64,000 nt of DNA from Minisyncoccota bacterium (GCA_041662525.1 JBAZSF010000004.1:1190-65189); one strand, 5' to 3'. Positions 27,347 through 36,705 are shown, counted from the first letter of the stretch. Translations and numbers: made by a program. The notes: generated by a model not told the origin, from the letters alone.

Positions 27347-28912
27347 ATGAGCATGGTTCGCCTATATGAAAAAATGTTCTCGATAATTAGAATGATTCTC
27401 ACCACAATGCGGCAGTACGTCATGGCACTTGAACATGTCCGGATGCATAAATTAGGAATCACCGATAGCGAACAAAAATTTCGCTTGATAGCGGAGTCGG
27501 TCAATAACGCTATCATCACGTTTGACGAAGCCGGATTCGTAGTGTACTGGAACAAGAGTGCTAAACGCATATTTGGTTTTAATGAAAGCGAGGTCCTAGG
27601 AAAACCATTTATTCTTGGTAAGCACGAAAAGAAAAACAACTGGGACATAGGAAAGAATATTTCAGTCGAGATGCAAGGGGTGCGGAAAAACGGCAAAGAA
27701 TTCCCCTTAAAGGTGTCGTATTCATCGTGGAAAATTGGCGAGAAACAATTCCATACAGCAATTGCCCGAGATGTAGGCCCTTATCGAGCAACAGAACAAA
27801 AGCTCCGCGATTATGCTCAAAAGATGAAAGAGGGTAGGGCATTCGACGACGCGCTTCTCTTGAGCATCGCAGACGGCATTCTAGTAACCGATACGGTAGG
27901 TAAAATTACCTATATCAACAAAGCGCTCGAGGAGCTCTGTGGCATGAAGTCCTCCGAGCTTTTGAACCATGATTTAGATGAAAAGATCCCTTTTTTCGAC
28001 GAGCTCGGGAGACGCGTCTCGAAGGAGAAACGGCCGCTCTATATGGCACTCGATACCGATAAAAAAAACAATGAACTCGCGGTTTCAACTGCGACGACTT
28101 TCCATCTCATTCACAAAAAAGACAAACGAATAGTTCCTCTCTCAATCAGTTCTGCGCCTCTCGTGATCAATGGTGATATTAAGGGGGCGGTGGTAGTCTG
28201 GCGCGATATTACTCAAGAAAAGGAGATCGAAAAAGCAAAAAGTGAGTTTATTTCTCTTGCTTCACACCAGCTCCGCACACCACTCACTACTATTTCCCTG
28301 ACAACTGAGATGTTAATGAAGGGTATGGTGGGTGATATGAGTAAGGAAAATAAAAAATATTTAAAAAAGATTTTTAAAGAAGTAAAAAATATGACAGAAG
28401 TGATCCAAACATTTTTGAATATTTCCCGCATCGAAATGGGCAAATTCGAAATAGAGTTGAAACCGGTAAAATTATTCGAAATTATGGAAGAAATAGTCGA
28501 AGAAATACTGCCACAGATTAATAATAAAAAAATATATTTCAAGAAACAATATAACAAAAATCTACCGACTATAAATTTAGACAAAAGAGTTATTAGAATT
28601 ATCTTGGAAAATCTTCTTTCGAATGCTATTAAATATTCAAAACCGGACGGCCAGATAACACTATTAACAAAAAAAACTGGCAATTATGTTATCATAGAGG
28701 TTTCGGACAATGGTATCGGCATTCCGAAAAAAGATCAAGATAAGATATTTACAAAAATGTTTCGGGCTAGAAACGCTTCGGAGCATGCCAATGTGAGTTC
28801 GGGGCTGGGTCTTTACCTAGTAAAAAATTTAGCAGAACAGAGCGGGTATAAAATCTCTGTTAAATCAAAAGAGGATAAGGGCACCACTTTTTCAATTTCA
28901 TTACCACTATAA
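27347..28912 (+). CDS. Sensor histidine kinase with tandem PAS domains (soluble; no obvious TM)
   Basis: PAS-like segments (…IITFDEAGFVVYWN…, …GILVTDTVGKITYIN…). HisKA H-box SHQLRTPL, N-box LLSNAIKYS, G1 DNGIGIP, G2 GLGLYLV. Confidence 0.85.
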   Translation: MSMVRLYEKMFSIIRMILTTMRQYVMALEHVRMHKLGITDSEQKFRLIAESVNNAIITFDEAGFVVYWNKSAKRIFGFNESEVLGKPFILGKHEKKNNWDIGKNISVEMQGVRKNGKEFPLKVSYSSWKIGEKQFHTAIARDVGPYRATEQKLRDYAQKMKEGRAFDDALLLSIADGILVTDTVGKITYINKALEELCGMKSSELLNHDLDEKIPFFDELGRRVSKEKRPLYMALDTDKKNNELAVSTATTFHLIHKKDKRIVPLSISSAPLVINGDIKGAVVVWRDITQEKEIEKAKSEFISLASHQLRTPLTTISLTTEMLMKGMVGDMSKENKKYLKKIFKEVKNMTEVIQTFLNISRIEMGKFEIELKPVKLFEIMEEIVEEILPQINNKKIYFKKQYNKNLPTINLDKRVIRIILENLLSNAIKYSKPDGQITLLTKKTGNYVIIEVSDNGIGIPKKDQDKIFTKMFRARNASEHANVSSGLGLYLVKNLAEQSGYKISVKSKEDKGTTFSISLPL

Positions 28913-28948
28913 TCTTTTATTATATTTCAATATAATATTATTTGCTTT

Positions 28949-29875
28949 TTATTTTGTACGTATCGTTAGATAGATATCTTCCATCGCGCGGACTGCGTCG
29001 CCGGCTGCGATGAGGTTTTGGTGGTAGTGAATATTGGTGCAATCTCCAGCAGCCCAGATGCCGGGGACTTCTGTTTTCTGGGACCAAGCGTCTATTTTTA
29101 CTTTGCCTATTTCATCTAAAGGCACTAAATCTTTTACGAAGTCAGTATTTGGAATTTGTCCGATTTCTACAAAAATGCCTGTTACTTTCAATTCTTTTTT
29201 TTCTCCAGAAGTTTTGTCTTTGTAAATTAATCCTTCCACGAATTTATCACCTTGGATTTCTAAAATTTCCGCATTTTTAATGATTGAAAATTTTGGATCC
29301 TTAGAGACTTTTTCAATGGTAATTTTTTCAGCACGAAAAATGTCGCTTCGGTTTATAAGGGTAACAGATTTACAGTATGCTAGAAGCTGGGAAGCTGATT
29401 CAAAAGCGGCATTGCCTCCACCTATCACAACTACATCCATATCTGCAAAGAGGGGTCCGTCACAGCTGGCACAATAGGTGAGGCCTTTGTGTTCTAATCT
29501 ATCGGCATTTAGAGCGGTGAGTTTCCTGCGACTACTGCCACTTGTTATTAAAATTGTTTTAGTTTCAAATTCTTCATTTTTTTCTGTCTTGACTAAGAAG
29601 TTCTCGTCTTTTTTAAAAATATTATTTACTCTTGAGCCCTCTTTTACTTCAAGACTTTCTCCCACATAAGATAAGACATGTTCTTTGAAATTTTGAGCCA
29701 GTTCTGCTCCAGAGATAGCAGGAGATCCAATCCAATTGTAAATATGTTCTGAAACCATACTTTGTCCACCCCACTCAGAAATAACTAAAAGCGTCTTTAA
29801 CTTTTTGCGAGCCGCGTAAACGGCTGCGGCAGATCCAGCCGGCCCACCTCCAATAATTATTAGGTCATATATCAT
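28949..29875 (-). CDS. trxB: Thioredoxin reductase
   Basis: MIYDLIIIGGGPAGSAAAVYAAR FAD motif, redox-active CASC, second NAD(P)H GGGN motif, …GDCT… C-terminal FAD motif. Confidence 0.9.
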   Translation of the reverse strand: MIYDLIIIGGGPAGSAAAVYAARKKLKTLLVISEWGGQSMVSEHIYNWIGSPAISGAELAQNFKEHVLSYVGESLEVKEGSRVNNIFKKDENFLVKTEKNEEFETKTILITSGSSRRKLTALNADRLEHKGLTYCASCDGPLFADMDVVVIGGGNAAFESASQLLAYCKSVTLINRSDIFRAEKITIEKVSKDPKFSIIKNAEILEIQGDKFVEGLIYKDKTSGEKKELKVTGIFVEIGQIPNTDFVKDLVPLDEIGKVKIDAWSQKTEVPGIWAAGDCTNIHYHQNLIAAGDAVRAMEDIYLTIRTK

Positions 29876-29954
29876 GATTACTATTATACACTAGGTGTCA
29901 AATCTTTTAAAATAAAAAAAAGACGTCGGTATTCCATCCAATGGAATACCGACG

Positions 29955-30170
29955 TTAAAGAGAATGCATTATTACCACAGGTTCATTGCATATAAGGCAA
30001 GTTTTACCCGTTTTTATGAGAGATGTCTCGTAACAATTATGAGGTGGAAATTCCAATTTCCTCATACATGAACAACAGTGAGCGTAAAATCTCTCATTGT
30101 AAGAACGAATTGTTTGAGTGTCTGAACAACGAGCGCACTTGTTTTCCTCGTTCATAACCCCTCCTTTCAA
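29955..30170 (-). CDS. Small Cys-rich (zinc-ribbon-like) protein immediately downstream of ftsZ
   Basis: CxxC…CCxC…C…CxxC pattern in about 66-71 aa. Moderately GC-rich. The start is uncertain (MKGGVMNEEN…). Confidence 0.35.
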   Translation of the reverse strand: MKGGVMNEENKCARCSDTQTIRSYNERFYAHCCSCMRKLEFPPHNCYETSLIKTGKTCLICNEPVVIMHSL

Positions 30171-30218
30171 GTAATAAATTATAACTTTTAAGTAATTTTG
30201 TCAAAAGTATAAAATTAT

Positions 30219-31436
30219 CTATTTCTTATTTCGTCTCAAAAATGCTGGAACAGCGCTCCAGTCATCACCATCATCTTCTATTATTATCTCTTCTTTAGGT
30301 TCTTTCTTTTCTATCTTTTTTATAAAATCATTGTTATGGATATTTGTATTATGTGTATTATGCGTATGATGTAGATTGCTTTGGATACTATTATGTATTT
30401 CTTTTTTTACAACTGCTGGAGTTTCTTCTTTTACAAGTGGGCCTGTCGTTGTTCCGCTAAAAAGACTCTTGCGAGGCGCATCGGCAGGGAAGCTGGTCGC
30501 GATAACAGTGACCTTGAGCTCTCCTTTTTTTAATTTTTCATCACGGATTGTCCCGAAGATTACTTTAGCGTCTTTATCTATTGATTCAGTGATTATTTTT
30601 GCAGCTTCTTGAACTTCGTTAATAGTTAAATCATCTCCGCCAGAGATAGCAAACAACACTCCTTTGGCACCGTGGATAGAAACTTCAAGAAGAGGGGAAT
30701 TGATAGCGGCTAGAGCAGCTTTCTCGGCGCGTTTTTCACCAGAAGCACTCCCAATACCCATCAGAGCTGATCCCGCATTTGCCATTACGGCTTTAATGTC
30801 CGCAAAGTCTACATTTATAATTCCTGGAGTGGTGATAAGATCAGAGATACCTTCTACGGCTTGGCGTAATACATCATCGCATTTTATAAATGCATCTTTG
30901 AAATTAGTATTTTTATCGGCTAATTGAAGTAGCTTGTCGTTTGGAATAATAATGATAGCATCCACTTCTTTAGCTAAGTCCTCGATTCCTTTTTCTGCTA
31001 GTTTCATGCGGTGATTTCCTTCAAAGAAGAAAGGCTTGGTAGTGACCGCTACGGTCAAGATGCCTTGTTCTCGAGCTGCGCGAGCGACGATAGGAGCAGC
31101 TCCTGTGCCGGTACCTCCACCCATTCCACAAGCAAGAAAAATCATGTCTGCTCCTTTGATGACGTCTTGGATTTCAGATTTTGTTTCTTCGGCTGCTTTT
31201 TTCCCGACTTCAGGATCCATGCCAGCACCGAGACCTTTGGTAAGATTTTTCCCAATATGAATTTTTTTCTCAGCGAGAGAGTGATGCAAGTCTTGAGTGT
31301 CGGTATTCATGCAAATAAAGGAAACACCTTTAACCTTAGAATTTATCATATGGTTAACTGCATTTTTCCCTGATCCACCGATTCCGATGACCATAATACG
31401 AGCAAAACTTTGTATTTCTTGATTTATTTTTGGCAT
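30219..31436 (-). CDS. ftsZ: Cell division GTPase FtsZ
   Basis: GIGGSGKNAVNHM and the tubulin signature GGGTGTGAAPIVA. The C-terminal variable tail ends with a basic peptide. Confidence 0.95.
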   Translation of the reverse strand: MPKINQEIQSFARIMVIGIGGSGKNAVNHMINSKVKGVSFICMNTDTQDLHHSLAEKKIHIGKNLTKGLGAGMDPEVGKKAAEETKSEIQDVIKGADMIFLACGMGGGTGTGAAPIVARAAREQGILTVAVTTKPFFFEGNHRMKLAEKGIEDLAKEVDAIIIIPNDKLLQLADKNTNFKDAFIKCDDVLRQAVEGISDLITTPGIINVDFADIKAVMANAGSALMGIGSASGEKRAEKAALAAINSPLLEVSIHGAKGVLFAISGGDDLTINEVQEAAKIITESIDKDAKVIFGTIRDEKLKKGELKVTVIATSFPADAPRKSLFSGTTTGPLVKEETPAVVKKEIHNSIQSNLHHTHNTHNTNIHNNDFIKKIEKKEPKEEIIIEDDGDDWSAVPAFLRRNKK

Positions 31437-31502
31437 AATTTTTACTTTAAAATGATTAGGTTTGTATGAAACTATACTAGCACTAGCCCAAAAAAAAGCA
31501 AA

Positions 31503-32666
31503 TTATGGCATCAATTGTTTTAGGTTTGATTTTAAGATGTTTTTTAAGTCTTTAAAAAGATTTCCTAAAGAACTGTCTCTGTAATTGTCGTTGTCTTTAC
31601 CAGAAGTCAAAAGACCAATCGCAGTAAAATAAGATGGGTCACGAAGTTTTGTTTTAGTATTACCAAAAATTTCCATTGCACCAATATTAGATGGAAGTTT
31701 GAGTATTGATTTTGATAATTCTGTTAAAAGGGAAGTGTTTGCGCCACCACCTACGAAGACTATGCCTGCTGGCAAGAGCTCTGATCTTTTTATTTTTTTT
31801 AAATTATTTTCTATTGATTCAAAAATATCACACAGTCTCGCTTCGATAATCTCGTCTAGTTTTTTCTTTGAGAATTCTCCTATATCATTTCCAAGTTTTA
31901 ATGCTTCTGCTTTTTCTAGTGGGATTTTAAAACCGAGAGCAATGTCATTGGTTATTTTGGTGGAACCTATTAAAAAAGTCGTCAATGATACTAATAATCC
32001 ATTTTCAAAAATAGAAAGGGAAGTTGTTTGATCTCCAATGTCAACCAATGCTACGCCTACGATTTTTTGTCGTTCAGACAAAGCGATACTACTGATAGCA
32101 ACCGGGGAAGCTATTACATCTATTGTTTCTACTCCAGCTTCTGCTATGGCTTTGATTAAATCTTCCAAATATAAAATAGAATAAGTGACAAAGAGGGTTT
32201 TAACTTCAAGTTTTGTTCCATACATTCCTTCTAGTCTTCCTAGTACTTCTTTTCCATCAAGTCGAAAAGTCTGTGGAAATATATGAATAATTTTTTTATT
32301 ATTTATATTTAAGTTGTTTTCGCAATCAGCAATGGCTTTATTGATATCGAGAGCAGTTACTTCACCATTGGCTTTTGAGATTATTGTTTCTCCTGAGCTT
32401 ATTTCACTACGCAAGGTCGCACCAGAAAGTGAAACAAAGCAGCGTTTAATTTTTAAGCCAGAAGTTCTTTCCGCCGCTTTCACTGCAGATTTTATTGAAG
32501 TGGTAACGAGAGATGAGTTTACTACATAGCCATGTCGCATACCAAGCGTCATGCTTTCACCCATACCAATAATCTTAGGATTTTTTTCTCCTTTAATGAA
32601 TTCTCCGACTACGACTCGCGTCATGAAGGACCCTACGTCTATCCCTACTGAAATATTTCTTATCAT
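31503..32666 (-). CDS. ftsA: Cell division protein FtsA (actin-like ATPase)
   Basis: …VGIDVGSFMTRVVVGE… phosphate-1 motif, actin-fold layout, positioned immediately upstream of ftsZ. Confidence 0.88.
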   Translation of the reverse strand: MIRNISVGIDVGSFMTRVVVGEFIKGEKNPKIIGMGESMTLGMRHGYVVNSSLVTTSIKSAVKAAERTSGLKIKRCFVSLSGATLRSEISSGETIISKANGEVTALDINKAIADCENNLNINNKKIIHIFPQTFRLDGKEVLGRLEGMYGTKLEVKTLFVTYSILYLEDLIKAIAEAGVETIDVIASPVAISSIALSERQKIVGVALVDIGDQTTSLSIFENGLLVSLTTFLIGSTKITNDIALGFKIPLEKAEALKLGNDIGEFSKKKLDEIIEARLCDIFESIENNLKKIKRSELLPAGIVFVGGGANTSLLTELSKSILKLPSNIGAMEIFGNTKTKLRDPSYFTAIGLLTSGKDNDNYRDSSLGNLFKDLKNILKSNLKQLMP

Positions 32667-33027
32667 ATTTTTCTTCTAATAATTCCATTGTACTACTATG
32701 TTCGAGACCTTTCAAATGAAGCATTCCGTGGATAACTAAAAAGCCCAAAAATTGGCTGAAAGTCCTCTCAAAATTTTTAGCTTCCTTTTTTATAATATCT
32801 GGACACAATATGATTTCTCCTTCTTTTTTACTCAACAGAAAAGATAATATGTTGGTGGGCTTATTTTTGTTTCTATATTTTTTATTTATTTTTTGAGATT
32901 CCTTTTTACTGACAAAAGCAATAGAAAGGGAATATTTTTTACCCAAGATGTCTTCTTTTAAAAGCACAAAAGGCAAGCGAGGAAGCTTGCCTTTTGTTTT
33001 ATTAATTAAAGAAAATTTTTCCTCCAT
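32593..33027 (-). CDS. ybeY: Endoribonuclease YbeY (rRNA maturation factor)
   Basis: HGMLHLKGLEH zinc-binding H-x3-H-x5-H motif. The ORF overlaps the ftsA start by 74 nt. Confidence 0.8.
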   Translation of the reverse strand: MEEKFSLINKTKGKLPRLPFVLLKEDILGKKYSLSIAFVSKKESQKINKKYRNKNKPTNILSFLLSKKEGEIILCPDIIKKEAKNFERTFSQFLGFLVIHGMLHLKGLEHSSTMELLEEKYDKKYFSRDRRRVLHDASRSRRIH

Positions 33028-33031
33028 GTTT

Positions 33032-33265
33032 TTACTTTGATGCCATTTTACCCAATTTACGAAGTTTTTCTATTTCTTTTCTCCTGCTTATTCTTTTAAG
33101 GGCGCTTCTTTTTAATTTAAGTTTTGATTCTTGTCTTAAATTATAGCGAGAACTTTTAACCTTGCGAACAATGCCTGACTCTTGAATCTTGCGTGAAAAA
33201 CGACGCAAAACACTTGAATTGTTTTCATTTGGGTTTTTCTTTACTTCGATTACTGTTTTTGCCAT
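33032..33265 (-). CDS. rpsU: 30S ribosomal protein S21
   Basis: Small basic protein …VLRRFSRKIQESGIVRKVKSSR…KRSALKR… matching the S21 pattern. Confidence 0.78.
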   Translation of the reverse strand: MAKTVIEVKKNPNENNSSVLRRFSRKIQESGIVRKVKSSRYNLRQESKLKLKRSALKRISRRKEIEKLRKLGKMASK

Positions 33266-33324
33266 ATAGATTACACTATCATATAATTGACTCTTTTGTC
33301 AAAAAAAGATAAGATATTTAAATT

Positions 33325-33792
33325 ATGCAACAAGCAGTGGATTATATAACTGAAGAAAAAAAGCAAATGCTTTTGGCAGAGTTGAAAGATTTAAAGGGTC
33401 CAAAAAGGAAAGAAATTTTGCAAAATTTAGAGTACGCTAAATCATTAGGGGATTTATCAGAAAATGCAGAATATCATCAATCTCGTGAAGATCAAGGTAA
33501 ATTAGAGGCGCGTATCGTAAAGATAGAACAGATTTTGCAGTCCTCGCAAGTTGTGTCGGGTGGAGGAGGTGATGTAGTTGAAATTGGTTCTAATGTCATC
33601 GTACAAAAAATCGGTACAAAAGAGGAAAAAAATTATACCATAGTCGGGTCAGAGGAAGCAGATATGACATCAGGGAAAATTTCTAATCGATCTCCTGTAG
33701 GTGTTGCACTTTTTGGTAAAAAGAAAGGTGATGATATTTCATTTCAAACTCCGAACGGCTTAGTCAATTATAAAATCATAAATGTTAGTTAA
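33325..33792 (+). CDS. greA: Transcription elongation factor GreA
   Basis: N-terminal coiled coil with …GDLSENAEYHQSREDQ… and a C-terminal FKBP-like domain. Confidence 0.9.
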   Translation: MQQAVDYITEEKKQMLLAELKDLKGPKRKEILQNLEYAKSLGDLSENAEYHQSREDQGKLEARIVKIEQILQSSQVVSGGGGDVVEIGSNVIVQKIGTKEEKNYTIVGSEEADMTSGKISNRSPVGVALFGKKKGDDISFQTPNGLVNYKIINVS

Positions 33793-33795
33793 TTT

Positions 33796-33836
33796 TTAGG
33801 TGTTGGACACCGAGATTCCAGGTGTCCAACACCTAA
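33796..33836. terminator. Perfect 16-bp-arm palindrome between greA and lysS (terminator or protein-binding site)
   Basis: ttaggtgttggacacc-gagattcca-ggtgtccaacacctaa. Confidence 0.55.
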
Positions 33837-33853
33837 GAAAATAAATAATTATA

Positions 33854-35752
33854 ATGTCCTCAATTGATGAAATTAGAGACGTCAGAATAAAAAAACTTGA
33901 ACTTCTAAAAAAGAGGGGTCATGAAGCGTATCCAGCAGATTCTAAAAGAGAAATCTCTCTCAAGGACGCCGTTGATGATTTCGAGAATTTAGAAAAGAGC
34001 AGAGAAGAAAAATGGATTGCCGGCAGGGTGATGTCTATCCGTGGACAAGGGGCAATTATTTTCATTACTTTAAATGATGGCACTGGAACTTTTCAAGGAC
34101 TTCTTAAAAAAGATGTTTTGGGTGATGAAAAGTTTGATTTTTGGAATGAGGTGGTAGACATTGGGGATTTTGTAGAAATACAAGGAACTTTTTTTACGAC
34201 CAAAAGAGGAGAGAAAACTTTAGAAGCCAGAGACTGGCGCATGCTTTCAAAAAGTCTGCGTCCGCTTCCAGAAAAATGGCATGGACTAGTGGATGTAGAA
34301 GAAAGATTTCGAAAAAGATATTTGGATATACTTTTTAATCCTGAAGTTAAGGAAATAGTGGAGAAAAAAGCTATTTTTTGGAATGCCGTTAGAGAGTTTC
34401 ATTTGAAGCATGGTTTTTTAGAAGTGGAAACACCTGTTTTAGAAAATACTACCGGAGGTGCTGATGCCACACCATTCAAAACTCATCATAATGCTTTAGA
34501 CTTAGATGTATATCTCAGAATATCAGCTGGAGAACTTTGGCAGAAAAAATTAATGGCGGCTGGAATTCCTAAAACTTTTGAAATAGGGAGAATCTTCCGT
34601 AATGAAGGAATGTCCCCAGAACATTTACAAGATTACACTCAGTGTGAAGCGTATTGGGCTTATGCCAACTATAAAGATATGTATAAGTTTTTACAGGAAT
34701 GCTATCAGTATGTGGCAGAGAAAACTTTTGGCACTTTGAAGTTTAAAATAAATAATTTTGATGTTGATCTTGGTAAAGAATGGCCTCTTATAGATTACAC
34801 TGAGGAAATAGAAAAACAGACCAAGATAAATATAGAGAAGGCGAGTGAAAAAGAAATTGAATCTAAATTGAAAGAATTAGGTGTGGAATATGAGGCAGAC
34901 AATAAGGCGCGCCTTATTGATTCTTTGTGGAAATACTGTCGTAAGAATATTGGTGGACCAGCTATTTTAATAAATGAACCAAAGATTACTTCTCCTTTGT
35001 CAAAATCTTCTCCTCTTAATCCTAATTTTACAGAACGCTTTCATTTCATCATTGCTGGGTCAGAGGTTGGGCAAGGTTATAGTGAGCTAAATGACCCTAT
35101 TGATCAGTATGAAAGATTTGATAGTCAAGAAAAATTGCGTAAAGCGGGGGACACAGAAGCTCAAATGATGGATAATGATTTCGTTGAAATGCTAGAGCAT
35201 GGAATGCCTCCTACTACTGGTCATGGTTTTAGTGAACGACTTTTTAGTTTCTTGATGAATAAACCGATTCGTGATACTCAAATATTTCCTTTTATGAAGC
35301 CGAAAGATGCAGAAAAGAAAACAGAAAATAAAAAAGGTATGATTGTGGTAGCTGTATTAAATAAAGAAGCCAAAATGGAACCATGGCAAGAATTAAACAC
35401 CGTTGCTCATTTGAATGCGGCTTTTGGTGCTAGAGTGGGGAGGGGAGATTTGTTTTATAGAGATACGATAACTTCCAAAGATAATCATAAAATAAAATTA
35501 AATATCAAAAATGCAATAATGATAAAAACTGCGCCATCTGGCAAAGTGTTGCGTGAATTATTAGAGAAGGCAAAAAAAGCAGAACTCGAAGTGGATGAAT
35601 TTATAAGAGAAATGGTAGAAACAACCAGCGATAAAAAAATTATTGAAATAACCGCTTCTAAAAATTTTGATGAAATTGAACATCTCGGTATTTTAATTTA
35701 TGGACCAAAAAATATCGTTGAGGATTTAACTTCGGATTTTAAGTTATACTAA
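33854..35752 (+). CDS. lysS: Lysyl-tRNA synthetase (class II) with a ~130-aa C-terminal extension of unknown function
   Basis: OB-fold anticodon-binding N-terminus. Class II motifs (…FRNEGMSPEHL…, …GHGFSERLF…). The core ends at about 500 aa; an extra domain (…MIVVAVLNKEAKMEPWQELNTVAHLNAAFGARVGRG…) follows. Confidence 0.88.
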   Translation: MSSIDEIRDVRIKKLELLKKRGHEAYPADSKREISLKDAVDDFENLEKSREEKWIAGRVMSIRGQGAIIFITLNDGTGTFQGLLKKDVLGDEKFDFWNEVVDIGDFVEIQGTFFTTKRGEKTLEARDWRMLSKSLRPLPEKWHGLVDVEERFRKRYLDILFNPEVKEIVEKKAIFWNAVREFHLKHGFLEVETPVLENTTGGADATPFKTHHNALDLDVYLRISAGELWQKKLMAAGIPKTFEIGRIFRNEGMSPEHLQDYTQCEAYWAYANYKDMYKFLQECYQYVAEKTFGTLKFKINNFDVDLGKEWPLIDYTEEIEKQTKINIEKASEKEIESKLKELGVEYEADNKARLIDSLWKYCRKNIGGPAILINEPKITSPLSKSSPLNPNFTERFHFIIAGSEVGQGYSELNDPIDQYERFDSQEKLRKAGDTEAQMMDNDFVEMLEHGMPPTTGHGFSERLFSFLMNKPIRDTQIFPFMKPKDAEKKTENKKGMIVVAVLNKEAKMEPWQELNTVAHLNAAFGARVGRGDLFYRDTITSKDNHKIKLNIKNAIMIKTAPSGKVLRELLEKAKKAELEVDEFIREMVETTSDKKIIEITASKNFDEIEHLGILIYGPKNIVEDLTSDFKLY

Positions 35753-35764
35753 TTTTTTATTACT

Positions 35765-35785
35765 CCGCTAGGTCTTTCCTAGTGG
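35765..35785. repeat. Conserved hairpin motif CCRCTAGG-N6-CCTAGYGG (copy 2)
   Basis: ccgctaggtctttcctagtgg, followed by the AT palindrome tagatttataaatcta (35795-35810). Confidence 0.5.
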
Positions 35786-35850
35786 AGAGAGTTTTAGATT
35801 TATAAATCTACCCTTTTTAATGCCATTTTTATAAAACGAAATTAAAAAGA

Positions 35851-35884
35851 GTCTGGTACCGCTGTAAAAAAGTGCGGTACCAGA
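35851..35884 (-). terminator. Terminator hairpin for the minus-strand lipoprotein gene
   Basis: tctggtaccgc-tgtaaaaaagt-gcggtaccaga: 11-bp stem with a T-run on the minus strand. Confidence 0.6.
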
Positions 35885-35890
35885 TGATGA

Positions 35891-36274
35891 TCAAATTTTC
35901 CCTGTTTTACTGGTGTTGATTGAGACCACAACACCATCGGGAGAAAAGGTAATACTTACTTGCCTTACCTCCCTTCCGACCAGGCTATTTTTTCTCATCT
36001 GGTCGGTGCTATCCACTCCTCTTGTGGTCAAGGCTTCCCACAAAATGTCATGCTTTTCCTTGACAGATACCCATGTGCAAACTTGGGTCCCGTTATCAGA
36101 TGTTATCTCTTGATCTGGGGGACCAAAAATATTTACTACATCAGCCTTGGTACTAACCCCCTTGATGATGCTGGAAACAGCATCAAGATTGTTGCTTCCT
36201 CTTGTTTCTGTTGTTGTTATACAACCACAACACATAAAAAAGAGAACCATAACAAAAGCAACCGACTTTTTCAT
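35891..36274 (-). CDS. Putative lipoprotein / secreted protein (hypothetical)
   Basis: MKKSVAFVMVLFFMCCGC signal peptide with a lipobox-like Cys, preceded by a taggagg SD. The start is taken at this Met rather than the longest ORF (36340). Confidence 0.45.
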   Translation of the reverse strand: MKKSVAFVMVLFFMCCGCITTTETRGSNNLDAVSSIIKGVSTKADVVNIFGPPDQEITSDNGTQVCTWVSVKEKHDILWEALTTRGVDSTDQMRKNSLVGREVRQVSITFSPDGVVVSINTSKTGKI

Positions 36275-36325
36275 ACGACCTCCTAAACGTTTAAAGGTTA
36301 ACAGAGAACTTCTTCTCCTCATCCA

Positions 36326-36400
36326 TCTATATATAAACATATAATTTTTACTTTGTCTAGAGGCTTTAAATTAGTATTTAAAGTTATTCACAGGAGAAGT
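36326..36400 (-). promoter_or_regulatory. Promoter/leader module, copy A (duplicated upstream of two adjacent minus-strand genes)
   Basis: ~70-bp segment (…aacatataattttta-ctttgtctagaggc-tttaaattagtatttaaagttattcacagga) homologous to 36706-36775. Contains the conserved CCYCTAGACAWAG box with a TCTAGA core. Confidence 0.5.
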
Positions 36401-36439
36401 TTGCGGAAGTCGGACTTTCGCAAGATGTTAAAACTGAAT

Positions 36440-36470
36440 AAAAAAAAGGAGGGGAAATCCCTCCTTGCCT
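36440..36470 (-). terminator. Rho-independent terminator of the small Cys-peptide gene
   Basis: Minus strand: ggcaaggagggatttcccctcc followed by a T9 run. Confidence 0.7.
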
Positions 36471-36486
36471 GTTTCTAGGACTTAGA

Positions 36487-36663
36487 TTAAAAACCGGTAC
36501 ATTCGAGAGAACTTCCTTCTTCAGTTAGTTCTCTTTCTGAAATATCAACGTCCTCCTTCGTTGGTATTTCTATTACACAGTCGCCGTCACACATACTCGA
36601 GCAGTTGTTTAACCGCCCAAGTTTGTCGAAATCCTCTCTAAAAGAACTACACCAAACTTTCAT
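36487..36663 (-). CDS. Small acidic Cys-containing peptide (58 aa), not in the supplied ORF track
   Basis: Minus-strand ORF MKVWCSSFREDFDKLGRLNNCSSMCDGDCVIEIPTKEDVDISERELTEEGSSLECTGF with an aaaggag SD 7 nt upstream. Preceded by promoter module copy B and followed by its own terminator. Confidence 0.4.
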   Translation of the reverse strand: MKVWCSSFREDFDKLGRLNNCSSMCDGDCVIEIPTKEDVDISERELTEEGSSLECTGF

Positions 36664-36705
36664 AGCTTATCTCCTTTCATTTTAAGTATGGAATTTCTTT
36701 TTTAC

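Noticed and set aside
26330-28300. GC-rich stretch considered as a possible rRNA or ncRNA segment
   Set aside because: It contains clear protein-coding frames with Nudix, REC and PAS motifs and no rRNA-like conserved blocks.
36147-36344. Plus-strand ORFs 35913-36344 overlapping the lipoprotein gene
   Set aside because: They are antisense to a gene with a signal peptide and SD, and no motifs support them.
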